This document shows positions 1-9,773 of a DNA stretch of 64,000 nt, one piece after another. The notes under the pieces are model-generated. The model was not told where the DNA came from. It did no database searches and saw only the letters and a list, made by a program, of their open reading frames with translations. The stretch comes from Meyerozyma guilliermondii. Its lineage: Eukaryota. The stretch covers positions 1,178,001-1,242,000 of the forward strand of contig CP128817.1 in assembly GCA_051546255.1 (NCBI GenBank), in the 5' to 3' direction. The position numbers and the translations under genes are program-made. The number at the start of each line of letters is the position of its first letter. The first letter of the stretch is position 1.

Positions 1-1
1 A

Positions 2-1045
2 GATATTGGCAAATATCCACCGGTCAAGACCGCCAGTCCACAGCAACGTAATTTGCGAAACAATACAGCATTTGCACTACAAGGTGCTCCGCAGCCCATC
101 CCTCCAAAACCCACCACGGTACCAGACCCCAGACCCCATCCAAGCCGTTCGTCATCAGCGGCCGCGGCTGCTGCTGCTGCGGGTGGAATAGTGCAACAAA
201 GACTGCAACAGCCACCGCAACAGCAGCAACCACAATTGCCGCAACAGAATAAGAACTCACCCAAAGAAGCGGCTCCGCCAAAGTCAAAGAACAACGCGCG
301 GGCCGCGTCACCCAAGAATAAACCGTCGGGAACTACTCTCTTGTTCAAAGAAGTTTCGAGTCTCTTAAGTCCCAATGAGAAAATCTTGAAACTTGATGTG
401 GTTTTGAAGCTGCAACTCAGTAACAAGGTGATCAAACGTGATCAAAGAGAAGTATTGGACGATACAGTCATTGAAAAACTAGTTCGGAAATATGACTCTG
501 AGCTTCAGAAAACCCTCAAACCAGTGGTTACCATAATTACCAATTTGGCCAGAGTCTTCTTCATTGAGAGTCTGTTGGATGTGATGATGGTTGATCTCAA
601 GGCAAACAACGGCGGCGACTACCTGATGTACGACTATGAATTTGAAAGCATTGCTGTTGATGGAGATGAAGATGTTTTAAACGGCGAAGAAGTGTATGGA
701 TATCTTATACTTGAATTGGTTCGTGAAGGTGGAGACTTGATCTTTTTGAAACGAATTGGACCAATGGATAAATTAAGTCTCAAGCAGCTGGTTTCCGTTG
801 TGGATAAGAATGGGTCTCAAGTAACACTCGGAAAGGTCCATGGATGGATCGACTGCTTGTTGATTGCCAAAGACATGGTTGATAAACGGGAGGTGAGCAA
901 AGAAGCACCCAAAAAGAAAAAGAAGAACAAAAAACCAACGGCCACCAATGTCACCATACTTCCCACCCGACCCTCGTCGTCGTCGTCTACATCTACGGCC
1001 AACTTTGCATATGCGGCTGCTGCTGCTGCTCACAGCAGAGACTGA
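2..1045 (+). CDS. 5'-truncated protein of unknown function (Q/P/A-rich low-complexity region followed by a predicted globular region and a Lys-rich tail)
   Basis: Frame is open from base 2 (GAT ATT GGC...) to TGA at 1043-1045. The track's TTG start at 53 is not a real eukaryotic start. No family recognised. Confidence 0.6.
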   Translation, partial: DIGKYPPVKTASPQQRNLRNNTAFALQGAPQPIPPKPTTVPDPRPHPSRSSSAAAAAAAAGGIVQQRLQQPPQQQQPQLPQQNKNSPKEAAPPKSKNNARAASPKNKPSGTTLLFKEVSSLLSPNEKILKLDVVLKLQLSNKVIKRDQREVLDDTVIEKLVRKYDSELQKTLKPVVTIITNLARVFFIESLLDVMMVDLKANNGGDYLMYDYEFESIAVDGDEDVLNGEEVYGYLILELVREGGDLIFLKRIGPMDKLSLKQLVSVVDKNGSQVTLGKVHGWIDCLLIAKDMVDKREVSKEAPKKKKKNKKPTATNVTILPTRPSSSSSTSTANFAYAAAAAAHSRD

Positions 1046-1131
1046 TAGAATATAATACACGACTCAGGACAGATAAGGTCTCAATGAGTAAATACAACGG
1101 TTTCTTTCCATAATTCGTTCATTCGCTATTT

Positions 1132-1668
1132 TCATTGGCTATTTAATCTTTTAAACTCCGCCATCCAGTCGTTAAAGTAGCACTTGTCGTTGAGCACATT
1201 CGATGTCTGTTCCCTGATAATTGACTCTACACCCTTTTCGTTTTCTACCCAGTTTTCAATTGTCTGGCACACTGAATACTGGCTCTCCAATTTGCGCTGG
1301 TATTCCTTGAGTACATACGGATCTAAAGTAAGATCAAAATCTGGTTTCTGTGCCGAGCTTCCTTGCTGATCCGTTTCGTGCCGAAGCTCAGCACCACGGC
1401 TTTCACAGTACTGGATCAACTCCTGTCTTGCTTTCCATTGCGGGGCGATCTTGGTACGAAAGTATGAATTGCACGAACCTGGTTTGATTTCGTTCAAATG
1501 TTGCCGTATGGTATCATCGGTAGCTATTCTCGAGAGACGTAAAAAAGCTCGGATTCGGGATGACGAAGTGCAGTTTTCAAGTGTGAAGAGTTGAGGTGGA
1601 GCAGGGCCTGTGTTCTGGCTCACCATGGGTGAATCTGTTTGTGGTGCCTGATTGGTCCACATTAGCAT
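1132..1668 (-). CDS. MIX23: Mitochondrial intermembrane-space CX14C-type protein Mix23 (CCDC58 family)
   Basis: CTSSSRIRAFLRLSRIATDDTI, W..R..LI.YC, DPY and E..VESII.......L..KC motifs. Confidence 0.85.
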   Translation of the reverse strand: MLMWTNQAPQTDSPMVSQNTGPAPPQLFTLENCTSSSRIRAFLRLSRIATDDTIRQHLNEIKPGSCNSYFRTKIAPQWKARQELIQYCESRGAELRHETDQQGSSAQKPDFDLTLDPYVLKEYQRKLESQYSVCQTIENWVENEKGVESIIREQTSNVLNDKCYFNDWMAEFKRLNSQ

Positions 1669-1752
1669 CCAAGTGGTGGATCGATGTGGCGAGATTGATT
1701 CGCACTCGGATTCTCCAGACGCTTAGATAATTACACTTGCTGACGATTGGTG

Positions 1753-3495
1753 ATGGATCTCTGTCAGCAAACAGGTCCCGGACTCAAATATGCTTTCTGC
1801 TTGGCAGTTGTTGGTCGTCTTCAAGAACTACGGGCCCAGAACTACGAAAAATCTTACTTGTTAAGTCAGGCTGGATTTGTTCTTGAACAAAGAGTACTTC
1901 CAAAATACCATGATGAAGATACAAAAGCCAACAAAGAACGGTCTTTTGTGGATGTTTGTACGTCCTTGATGCTTCCTCCCCACTCCAGTGACGTGGAATG
2001 GTCGAAAAAGGTGACGAGTGCCGAAATTATTCGAGCCATCAATATGGATGAACTGCTCCAGAAGAAGAAAGAAATGGATAGAAATCACGAATTGGCTCCT
2101 AAACTCACCACCATGTTGAAACAGTGTGTGGTTTCGATCCACGCGGATGAAAGTGATGCAGTTGCCGAGTATCTTGTTGGACTCAGCTCCAATATCGACG
2201 ACCTTCCGCCGTCATCTTCGGCAATTTTGACCGAAACAGCTGAGACGTTGAGTTCTGGCTCGCAAACCTCTAGTCTAAGTGCCATTTTCGACTTGTTTGG
2301 CCTGGCATTGATGGCACATCTCGCAGTGATTGTGGTCCCTGAATCTGACTCTCACATTAAAATCCTCAGGGAACAAGGAAATAGCCTTATGGCCAACCTG
2401 GCGTACCCTCAGGCTATACAAATCTACACCACCGCTTTGCATTATTCGTCATTTGCATCCCAGCAGCATGTGCTGCAAATATTAACCAATCGTGCCATTG
2501 CATACATCGGGCTCAATTGCTTTCCAGAAGCAATTACAGATCTAAACAGTGCCTTAGTTGCCGACCGTACGTTCACTCCAGCATGGATCCAGCTAGGCTA
2601 CTGTCACTTGTATATGGGCCTGGGACTCATGGCTCTTCAAATGTACCACATGGCACTTCGTACAATGATTGGAGATGTTTTTCCAGAGAGACTTATACAT
2701 GAACATGGCGATGTCATCGAGTCGTATAAGCGACTCAAGAAAAAATCTGTTATGCCGCTGCTTGTCCGCAAGGTTGTACTGTCACTTCTACTTACTGAGC
2801 GTCGGGCCAAGCAACAGCATGAGCCTGTAGGGCAGATTCAACTTGTGACATCTGACGTGAAAAATATTTTGAACAACCTTGCACAAGATGCCTCTGAAGA
2901 AGATAAGCCATCGTTCGTCTATCCTTCTTCATACGAACGTCTTGGTGCCCTGCGAGTCGAACGTGCCAACAGATCGCATCCAGATATCTTGAGCCATGAT
3001 ATTGCCCAGGACATTTTGGCCAACACTGGCTTTGAGTCCAACAACGTAACTCCGCCAGCACCGCCGCCCGTCGTGGCAGCTACAGAAACGGGGTTCAATG
3101 CTACACAGACTGTTGACAACGACACCTCAATTGCAGATTCCAATTCCAACACCAACCCTACCAACAATAGAAGCACTACGGGAAGCGGACCGGGAGACGC
3201 TGCTACTGCTGCGCGGGCTGCTGCTGCCTCTTCTCAAGGCCCTAATATCAGGAATATACTCAATAGCATTGGTCGTATGGCCGAACTGGGAGAAACCAGC
3301 CAAGAAACAACCCCCAATTCTATGATGTCTGACGTATCCAGGGCTTTCATAGACTCTTTTACAGGCGGTGTGGGGGCGATTTTGGCGCTGCTGTTCGGAG
3401 AGGGTCAAAACGAAAGTAGAAATGGAAATCAGAATGAGACAAATTCGAGAGAGAACAGAGATACAGAAATGCCCGAGGAGCCGGACCTCGATTAG
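1753..3495 (+). CDS. TPR-repeat protein, Sgt2-like but divergent
   Basis: Three TPRs (EQGN...AIQIYTTAL; TNRAIAY...EAITDLNSAL; PAWIQLGYCHLYMG). Asn/Thr-rich and Met/Gly-containing C-terminus. First ATG at 1753. Confidence 0.75.
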   Translation: MDLCQQTGPGLKYAFCLAVVGRLQELRAQNYEKSYLLSQAGFVLEQRVLPKYHDEDTKANKERSFVDVCTSLMLPPHSSDVEWSKKVTSAEIIRAINMDELLQKKKEMDRNHELAPKLTTMLKQCVVSIHADESDAVAEYLVGLSSNIDDLPPSSSAILTETAETLSSGSQTSSLSAIFDLFGLALMAHLAVIVVPESDSHIKILREQGNSLMANLAYPQAIQIYTTALHYSSFASQQHVLQILTNRAIAYIGLNCFPEAITDLNSALVADRTFTPAWIQLGYCHLYMGLGLMALQMYHMALRTMIGDVFPERLIHEHGDVIESYKRLKKKSVMPLLVRKVVLSLLLTERRAKQQHEPVGQIQLVTSDVKNILNNLAQDASEEDKPSFVYPSSYERLGALRVERANRSHPDILSHDIAQDILANTGFESNNVTPPAPPPVVAATETGFNATQTVDNDTSIADSNSNTNPTNNRSTTGSGPGDAATAARAAAASSQGPNIRNILNSIGRMAELGETSQETTPNSMMSDVSRAFIDSFTGGVGAILALLFGEGQNESRNGNQNETNSRENRDTEMPEEPDLD

Positions 3496-3683
3496 AAACA
3501 GAAGAGCTCAAAGAATTAATTCACTCGCTATCTCTAGTTAACTAGGATATCATCTATATTGCACTATACCGCGAATTTTCGACTAAATCAAATTACCCTT
3601 GCCCTATCACTAGCCATTCAGTTGCAAGCGTCGTCGGTTATCTGCAGGCAGGTTCAACTTTTCTTTATCCGTAAACTTATCTA

Positions 3684-4283
3684 ATGGCAGGGTTGGAGCA
3701 GTCACTTTTCCAGCTCAAATTCACAGCGAAGCAGCTCAATAGACAAGCGTCAAAGGCAGCCAAGGAAGAACTACAGGAAAAAGCAAAGATCAAGAAGGCG
3801 TTGACTCAAGGAAACAATGATATTGCACAATTATATGCTCAAAACGCCATCAGAAAAAGTAATGAAAGAGTGAGTTTGTTACGTCTTGCTTCGAGGATAG
3901 ATGCCGTGGCCTCACGGGTGCAAACAGCCGTGACCATGAGGTCGGTTACTGGTAACATGACTCAAGTAATTAAGGGCATGGATAAGGCACTTCAGACGAT
4001 GAATTTGGAGCGCATTTCGCTTGTGATGGATAAATTTGAAAACCAATTTGAGGATCTCGATGCCCTGACAAACTACTACGAAGGTGCTACGAATAATGTT
4101 AACGCTTTGACGACACCACAGGAAGATGTGGACGAATTGATGAACCAGATGGCCGATGAGGCAGGCATAGAAATGAAGCAAGGACTCAATGAAACCAAGG
4201 TTGATATCGATACGCCTCCTGTAACGGTCAGCGAGCAGAAAGAGGACCAATTGGCCCAGAGATTACGAGCACTACGGAACTAA
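3684..4283 (+). CDS. DID2: ESCRT-III-associated protein Did2/Vps46 (CHMP1)
   Basis: LFQLKFTAKQL, YAQNAIRK, RVQTAVTM, C-terminal MIM1 EDQLAQRLRALR. Confidence 0.95.
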   Translation: MAGLEQSLFQLKFTAKQLNRQASKAAKEELQEKAKIKKALTQGNNDIAQLYAQNAIRKSNERVSLLRLASRIDAVASRVQTAVTMRSVTGNMTQVIKGMDKALQTMNLERISLVMDKFENQFEDLDALTNYYEGATNNVNALTTPQEDVDELMNQMADEAGIEMKQGLNETKVDIDTPPVTVSEQKEDQLAQRLRALRN

Positions 4284-4356
4284 CATCGGAACCGTAAGCT
4301 CCGCAATTGTGGAGGTGTCGGAGCCGGGACCCGCCAGTCGTGCGCCCGCCGCGCAA

Positions 4357-4380
4357 CCAATGAGACCGCAACATATAAAA
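4357..4380 (+). promoter_or_regulatory. CCAAT box and TATA box of SOD2 promoter
   Basis: CCAAT at 4357-4361 and TATAAAA at 4374-4380, just upstream of the ATG at 4418. Confidence 0.45.
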
Positions 4381-4417
4381 GGGATTGTTCATCTACCACT
4401 ACAGCAAATAATACATC

Positions 4418-5101
4418 ATGCTTTCATCTACCTTGAGACACAATGCCAAGCTTGCCGGCCGTAAAGGTGTCGCTGCCTCTATTGGTGCCGTTAGAACCAA
4501 GGTTTCCTTGCCAGATTTGGACTGGGACTTTGGTGCTTTGGAACCCCATATTTCCGGTCAGATTAACGAACTTCACTACACAAAGCACCACCAAACTTAT
4601 GTCAATGGTTACAACCAAGCTGTGGAACAATTTGCCGAGGCCAAGTCCAAAGGTGAAGTCAAGAAGACAATCGAATTGCAAAAGAACATCAATTTCCACG
4701 GAGGTGGTTACACCAACCATTGTCTCTTCTGGAAGAATTTGGCTCCAGAAAAGCAAGGAGGAGGTGAGCCACCAGCAAGCGACTCGGAATTGGCCCAGAA
4801 GATCACCGAACAATACGGTTCTTTGGACAACTTGAAGTCTCTTACTAATGCCAAATTGGCTGGTATCCAAGGTTCGGGATGGGCCTTTATTGTCAAGAAC
4901 AAGGAGAATGGCGGTGAGTTGGATGTGGTCACCACCTACAACCAGGATACCGTTACAGGTCCATTGGTTCCATTGGTGGCCATTGATGCTTGGGAACATG
5001 CTTACTACTTGCAATACCAAAACGTCAAGGCTGATTATTTCAAGGCTATCTGGAACGTCATCAACTGGAAGGAAGCTGCCAAGAGATACACTGTCAACTA
5101 A
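4418..5101 (+). CDS. SOD2: Mitochondrial Mn superoxide dismutase
   Basis: LHYTKHHQTYV, NHCLFW, GIQGSGW, DAWEHAYY metal-ligand motifs. Basic N-terminal presequence. Confidence 0.97.
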   Translation: MLSSTLRHNAKLAGRKGVAASIGAVRTKVSLPDLDWDFGALEPHISGQINELHYTKHHQTYVNGYNQAVEQFAEAKSKGEVKKTIELQKNINFHGGGYTNHCLFWKNLAPEKQGGGEPPASDSELAQKITEQYGSLDNLKSLTNAKLAGIQGSGWAFIVKNKENGGELDVVTTYNQDTVTGPLVPLVAIDAWEHAYYLQYQNVKADYFKAIWNVINWKEAAKRYTVN

Positions 5102-5130
5102 ACTTTTACGTAAATGTTTATTATGCCTGC

Positions 5131-6681
5131 TCAAAATGTAGCCACTCCTAGTAAACTAGCAGCGTTCTTTGCATCTACCGTCTCTTCTTTCAATGGTACT
5201 GGCGACTGTTTCTTTACCGACCGAAACGTGCGTGCTGACCAAGAATCTCCCTGGTCAGATTGCGAAGGGTTCAAGTTGTGCTTAAGACTATCCAAATTGT
5301 CTCGGTTCAATCTCGAAAGACCGCCTTTGTCGTCAACTATACGAATATCAAGACGAATGTTTTCAAGATGTTTTAGGTTTTTCCGATGATGCTCCACCTT
5401 ATGAAGGGCATACTTCTTCATGAGTAATTGAAGCTTTTTTTCGGTGTGTTCAATCACCTCTTTTTTCTCAAACATCATCTCTCCTGAGATCCGTTTGACT
5501 TGAAGATTTAAAGAATCTTCCACCTTGGTAGCATATTCCAACGATCGTATTGCTTCGTCTACTTTTATAGGGTCCAAAGACGATTTATTCTTGATCTTGG
5601 CCGCTTGCTGATGCTTAGCTTGTGATTGTTGTTCGGCTTGGACGAGCTCACGCATTATAAGGTGTCTGTTAGTCAAAGCTTCTTTAATTTCATAAAAGTC
5701 ATTTATAAGGGTACGCACTCCATCGTGTAGTGTTCCCATCGAGTTTGCTTGGTCCAAGTACATCAATTCCGCCTGGAAATTCACCACTCGAGAAAGCTTC
5801 TCCCACATATTTTTCATTCCTGGATGTGTTCGCTCAAACTCAGAAAGGTTACTGAGTTTCACTGCAAGATCACTCACGGCTCCGGCAATCATTCGCTCCG
5901 TTTTACAGTTGCGATCGAGCGCCTTAACCAATTTTTGGAATACGAGGTAGGCTGCTTTGACCATTGGGCGGAATTCGGCCAACTCTGTATATGGATCATA
6001 CGGCACCGAAAGTTGCTTGAGTGTCTTTCTGATGAGGCCCGAAGCCACTGAGGTCTTGTGAGCACTATTGATAACAGAGTAGCCGAAATCACTTTCGATA
6101 AAGTACATGAACTCCTCATCTCGAACAATAATAGGATTGCTTGTAATACGATCAAACCATTCTTGCCAGTCCTCAAGAAGTTGGCTATTTTCCTCCTCCC
6201 CACCAGGGGGATAAGACGTGATAGAAGATGGGATAGTTGGCACGAAAACTTCCAAATTCGACACAGGGATATACTTGTTAAACTTGACCGTCTCGTTGTA
6301 TGTTCTTCGTATATCCTTGTATTCCCGTTGTCGATATCTCGAGAGTCCAATTACGGTAGCATCGAATCTGAGAATTGGATTGGCTGCTTTGTTCTTCTCC
6401 ACAGCTTGTAACTTGATTTTGATGGAGTATTTGTTAGTGAAGCGCTCGGGGATAAGTTTTCTTAACTCTTCATCACTCAATTGAGCACCTTCCGTCGGTT
6501 TTCTTTCATTGTTGTCCGCAGTCTCAGCCACCGATTCTTGCGCCGGTTCAGGTTCGGGCTCTGGCTCATACTGTGGCTCATTTGCCACCACAGAAGTCAA
6601 ATGTGGAGGTTGTTCTAGGGGCTCTGCAAAAGGATTGTTGTTTTCAAAATCTGCTGGGTCATACGACATGGACGATGACAT
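5131..6681 (-). CDS. VPS17: Retromer SNX-BAR subunit Vps17
   Basis: NNPFAEP, PX domain (RRTY.E..KF), FIESDFGYS, KEALTNRH and BAR region. In-frame ATGs at 6720, 6681 and 6669; start uncertain. Confidence 0.9.
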   Translation of the reverse strand: MSSSMSYDPADFENNNPFAEPLEQPPHLTSVVANEPQYEPEPEPEPAQESVAETADNNERKPTEGAQLSDEELRKLIPERFTNKYSIKIKLQAVEKNKAANPILRFDATVIGLSRYRQREYKDIRRTYNETVKFNKYIPVSNLEVFVPTIPSSITSYPPGGEEENSQLLEDWQEWFDRITSNPIIVRDEEFMYFIESDFGYSVINSAHKTSVASGLIRKTLKQLSVPYDPYTELAEFRPMVKAAYLVFQKLVKALDRNCKTERMIAGAVSDLAVKLSNLSEFERTHPGMKNMWEKLSRVVNFQAELMYLDQANSMGTLHDGVRTLINDFYEIKEALTNRHLIMRELVQAEQQSQAKHQQAAKIKNKSSLDPIKVDEAIRSLEYATKVEDSLNLQVKRISGEMMFEKKEVIEHTEKKLQLLMKKYALHKVEHHRKNLKHLENIRLDIRIVDDKGGLSRLNRDNLDSLKHNLNPSQSDQGDSWSARTFRSVKKQSPVPLKEETVDAKNAASLLGVATF

Positions 6682-6776
6682 GGCCACCAACTTGGAGACT
6701 TGAAAAGGTGAGAATCGCATTTCGCGGTCCGGTTACATAATCAGTATATCGATCAGTTACTATGTACATGTCATTA

Positions 6777-8324
6777 TCATAATTTCTCTTCGTCAAGGGA
6801 GTTACCGTTGGAGTTCAAGATATTATATCCCCAGAATGCAAACACGTTGAGCACACCCACTCTCCAGCCATCAAAGAGCCCGAAGCGTTGAATGCGATGC
6901 CACAATGACGGCTGCAAATCATCATCGTCATTATGAACCCAACCGGAATTGAAGTCCACGATCAAGTTCTCCTTCGGGTTGAGAATGGTCACGACGTTGT
7001 GTTTGTCATAGTCCTTGGGTGCAAGAAGAAAACGCACCTGTTCTTTACGCAAAACATTTTCTACTGGCAACTTTATGAAGAACTCAAAAATCAGCAGAAA
7101 CAAATTGACAAGCGTAAACAAGGTGGGTGACAGGTACGAGTCGATGTTGAAGCGAATGAAAAGAAGGTATGGTGTTGTCTTCCTGAAAATGGTGGTTGAG
7201 AATTGGTAAAGGACTGTCAAGAGAGCAATGGCTGGTGGAGGGTTCAACAACAAGTGAAGGGGATACTTGCGGATCGACTCTCTAATGGATCTGGTATTCT
7301 GAGCTTGTTCGACAACAGTGTTTTCCCCAACTGGAGAGTTCACCTCAGGGTTTTTGATAGTTTCTGACTGTGGCTTGGTGAACTGAGTGAGCATCAACCT
7401 AACCTTTATCAAGTCGAGAGGAATCAATACCATTCCTGTAAGTACACACGCCAGCACGGAGAGCCACAACGACTTCAAGGGATCGGGCAGGTGAGTCAAG
7501 TCCAAAAAGAAAGGATCGGGGATCCCCAAAAATGGAGCAATGAACCCAGTGATCCATGCCTCGATGGTGTGTGAGAGTGTTTGATGAATAAACGCTGCGT
7601 TTATCCCGCGGAAGAGAGCAAGGGGACCATCTTTGCCAGCTATCGACGACATGATATCGATTGTGTGTTTGGAAATTGGTTTGATCTTGTGACTGTTCGT
7701 GTGAGCCGGCTGAATCACCGTTGATTTCTTTCTGGGACTGGACAGATGAGCAGTTTTGGATGGTTTCTTGAGTTCGGAAATGTTATTGAATTCGATGGCT
7801 GACTGAAAGTAATTTTCCTCTTCATCGGGCAGATCAGACTCGTCCAGGTCATCAGCCAATAACCGCTGATAATCCTTCTTTTGCTTCTTTGGTTCAAAAT
7901 TAAACACACCTACCTGCAACACCAACCGTGCTATTTCAAGTGGCTGAGACAAGATACTTTTGCAATAATTCTTGAAGAAATTCCAAATGAGATTCTTGAG
8001 CAACTCAGACAGATTGTTGACATCAAAGTATTCTTTGAATTCCAAATCGTAAACATAGTTCTTATCACCCCCGGCTGACCGCGTGGCCTTGCCCAAGCCA
8101 ACATCACCTATAAACCGCTTATCTGATAATCCTCCAATTCGAAACCCTCCTGGATTGTTTTGGGATCGATTTGCTGACCCTGCCGTTTGTGACAAAGATG
8201 AAGCGAGAGAAGAAGAAATAGGTCGATTTGTGTTTGTGTCTATGAGACCTACACCCGGTTTGAATATGACGGAATAACCGGCGTCAAACGTGTCATGGTC
8301 ATAGTAGGGTCTTAACAGTGACAT
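6777..8324 (-). CDS. UGO1: Mitochondrial outer-membrane fusion protein Ugo1
   Basis: N-terminal LRPYYD...F, QPLEIARLVLQVG, carrier-like PLDLIKVRL, LF.GWRVG. Confidence 0.9.
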   Translation of the reverse strand: MSLLRPYYDHDTFDAGYSVIFKPGVGLIDTNTNRPISSSLASSLSQTAGSANRSQNNPGGFRIGGLSDKRFIGDVGLGKATRSAGGDKNYVYDLEFKEYFDVNNLSELLKNLIWNFFKNYCKSILSQPLEIARLVLQVGVFNFEPKKQKKDYQRLLADDLDESDLPDEEENYFQSAIEFNNISELKKPSKTAHLSSPRKKSTVIQPAHTNSHKIKPISKHTIDIMSSIAGKDGPLALFRGINAAFIHQTLSHTIEAWITGFIAPFLGIPDPFFLDLTHLPDPLKSLWLSVLACVLTGMVLIPLDLIKVRLMLTQFTKPQSETIKNPEVNSPVGENTVVEQAQNTRSIRESIRKYPLHLLLNPPPAIALLTVLYQFSTTIFRKTTPYLLFIRFNIDSYLSPTLFTLVNLFLLIFEFFIKLPVENVLRKEQVRFLLAPKDYDKHNVVTILNPKENLIVDFNSGWVHNDDDDLQPSLWHRIQRFGLFDGWRVGVLNVFAFWGYNILNSNGNSLDEEKL

Positions 8325-8765
8325 GTTGTGGTGAAGAAGGTGTCGTGATGTCGTGAAGGCAACGGCGGTGTGCAGGAAAAGTGAGAGGAGAAGAGTCTTC
8401 AGAAGAAGACGAATTGTGGTGTAGGTCGAGACTTGTAAAGCTGACTTTGAGTGAAGTGGTCTTCTTTGTGGTCACTTAGTCAATTGCTGGTTATTTTTCG
8501 TAATTTCCTTATTTTACAAAAATGAAAAATTTGGCAGAATTGAAATAAGAGACTCCGAGTCCATCTTAATAACTGACAAACTTGAGAACTTGAAAACCTC
8601 CATATTTCTGCTAAATCTAACTCTTGAGAACTTACATTGTCTTTTGTTGAATCTATTCGTACTTTTCTAACACAATTCAATTTATATACTTTAGCTTGAA
8701 TACTGCTTGTTCACCTTCTCTTCAATTTTTCTCTCTCACCATTTCCTTCCCTCCTTCCTTCTCCC

Positions 8766-8993
8766 TCACCCGCTCTTCGACCGCTCAATCAAAAACTCCC
8801 CCAATACCCGCAATGGGTCCTCAGGCTTGTCGTGAGCCACTTGTCGAAGTCCATCAAGAACATGCTGAGTTAAATGTTTATTCAAGTATTGGCGTACTGA
8901 GGAGCCTCCTACGACCTCATGGAAGGGAGGAGAGTTATGTTGTGGAGTCTGGGGTTCAGGATCGGTCTTTATGCCATTTTCACCTTGGTCCAT
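8766..8993 (-). CDS. SDC1: COMPASS subunit Sdc1/Dpy-30 (75 aa)
   Basis: GGSSVRQYLN...LDGLR......PEDPLRVLGEFL Dpy-30 motif. ATG at 8993. Lies between TLG1 and UGO1 as in S. cerevisiae. Confidence 0.9.
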   Translation of the reverse strand: MDQGENGIKTDPEPQTPQHNSPPFHEVVGGSSVRQYLNKHLTQHVLDGLRQVAHDKPEDPLRVLGEFLIERSKSG

Positions 8994-9072
8994 AATATTA
9001 GTGAGTTTGTAACTTGAAACCAATTTATGCAGTGCTGCGAATATTCACCAATTTGATAACAGGCTCCCCACA

Positions 9073-9759
9073 ATGGACCCTTTTGATGAGGTCAAAGAAG
9101 ATGCTTGGCTGCAAGTGAACGGGCTCCAAGAGTTTGTGAACAAGAATAGACCACAGAATGAAACTAAACTTGATTTTGAGAACGCATTTCAAGAGTTACA
9201 GGAGACCATTGGAGATCTCCGACAAGCTGTGACAATCAGCGAAGCTAATCCAGACCAGTTTCAACTTAATTCCAATGATATTAGTCATCGAAAAGACATA
9301 CTTGCCCAGCTTGATGCAAAAGTGACAAGTATACTGAAACAATGGTCTAGTAAAAATGACCCTCATCGTCCTCGAGATGTCACCACCATGTCTAATCGAA
9401 TTTCTCAAGATACTCACGAAGAAAACCCCTTTAATGACAGTAACAGATTAGATGAAGAATTCAATGCGTATCAGCAACAAGAAGTTATCCAAAATCAAGA
9501 TTTACAACTAGACCAAATCCATCAAACTATGCGCAATTTGAACTTACAAGCCACAATGATGGGTGGTGAATTAGAAGACCAAGGAATGATGCTCGACGAT
9601 CTCGACCAGGAAATGGACGTTGTGGGCAGTAAGCTTCAGCGAGGGTTGAAGAGAGTGGGTTTTGTCATTGAAAAGAATAAGGAACGTGCTAGTGATTGGT
9701 GTATTGGAATCTTGGTGGTTGCATTATGTGTTTTGCTTATCATTGTCATAGCTATATAA
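9073..9759 (+). CDS. TLG1: Golgi/endosomal t-SNARE Tlg1 (syntaxin-6 family)
   Basis: N-terminal DPF.EV..D, SNARE motif QD.QLD.I...M.NL..QA..MG.EL.DQ, C-terminal TM anchor. Confidence 0.92.
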   Translation: MDPFDEVKEDAWLQVNGLQEFVNKNRPQNETKLDFENAFQELQETIGDLRQAVTISEANPDQFQLNSNDISHRKDILAQLDAKVTSILKQWSSKNDPHRPRDVTTMSNRISQDTHEENPFNDSNRLDEEFNAYQQQEVIQNQDLQLDQIHQTMRNLNLQATMMGGELEDQGMMLDDLDQEMDVVGSKLQRGLKRVGFVIEKNKERASDWCIGILVVALCVLLIIVIAI

Positions 9760-9773
9760 CAAGGTCATATGTG

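Noticed and set aside
4424..5134. 236-aa antisense ORF over SOD2, and similar shadow ORFs over TRX, RNR2, OXP1, SGT2 and HCR1
   Set aside because: Typical antisense open frames caused by codon bias in well-expressed genes; no protein motifs and mostly non-ATG starts.
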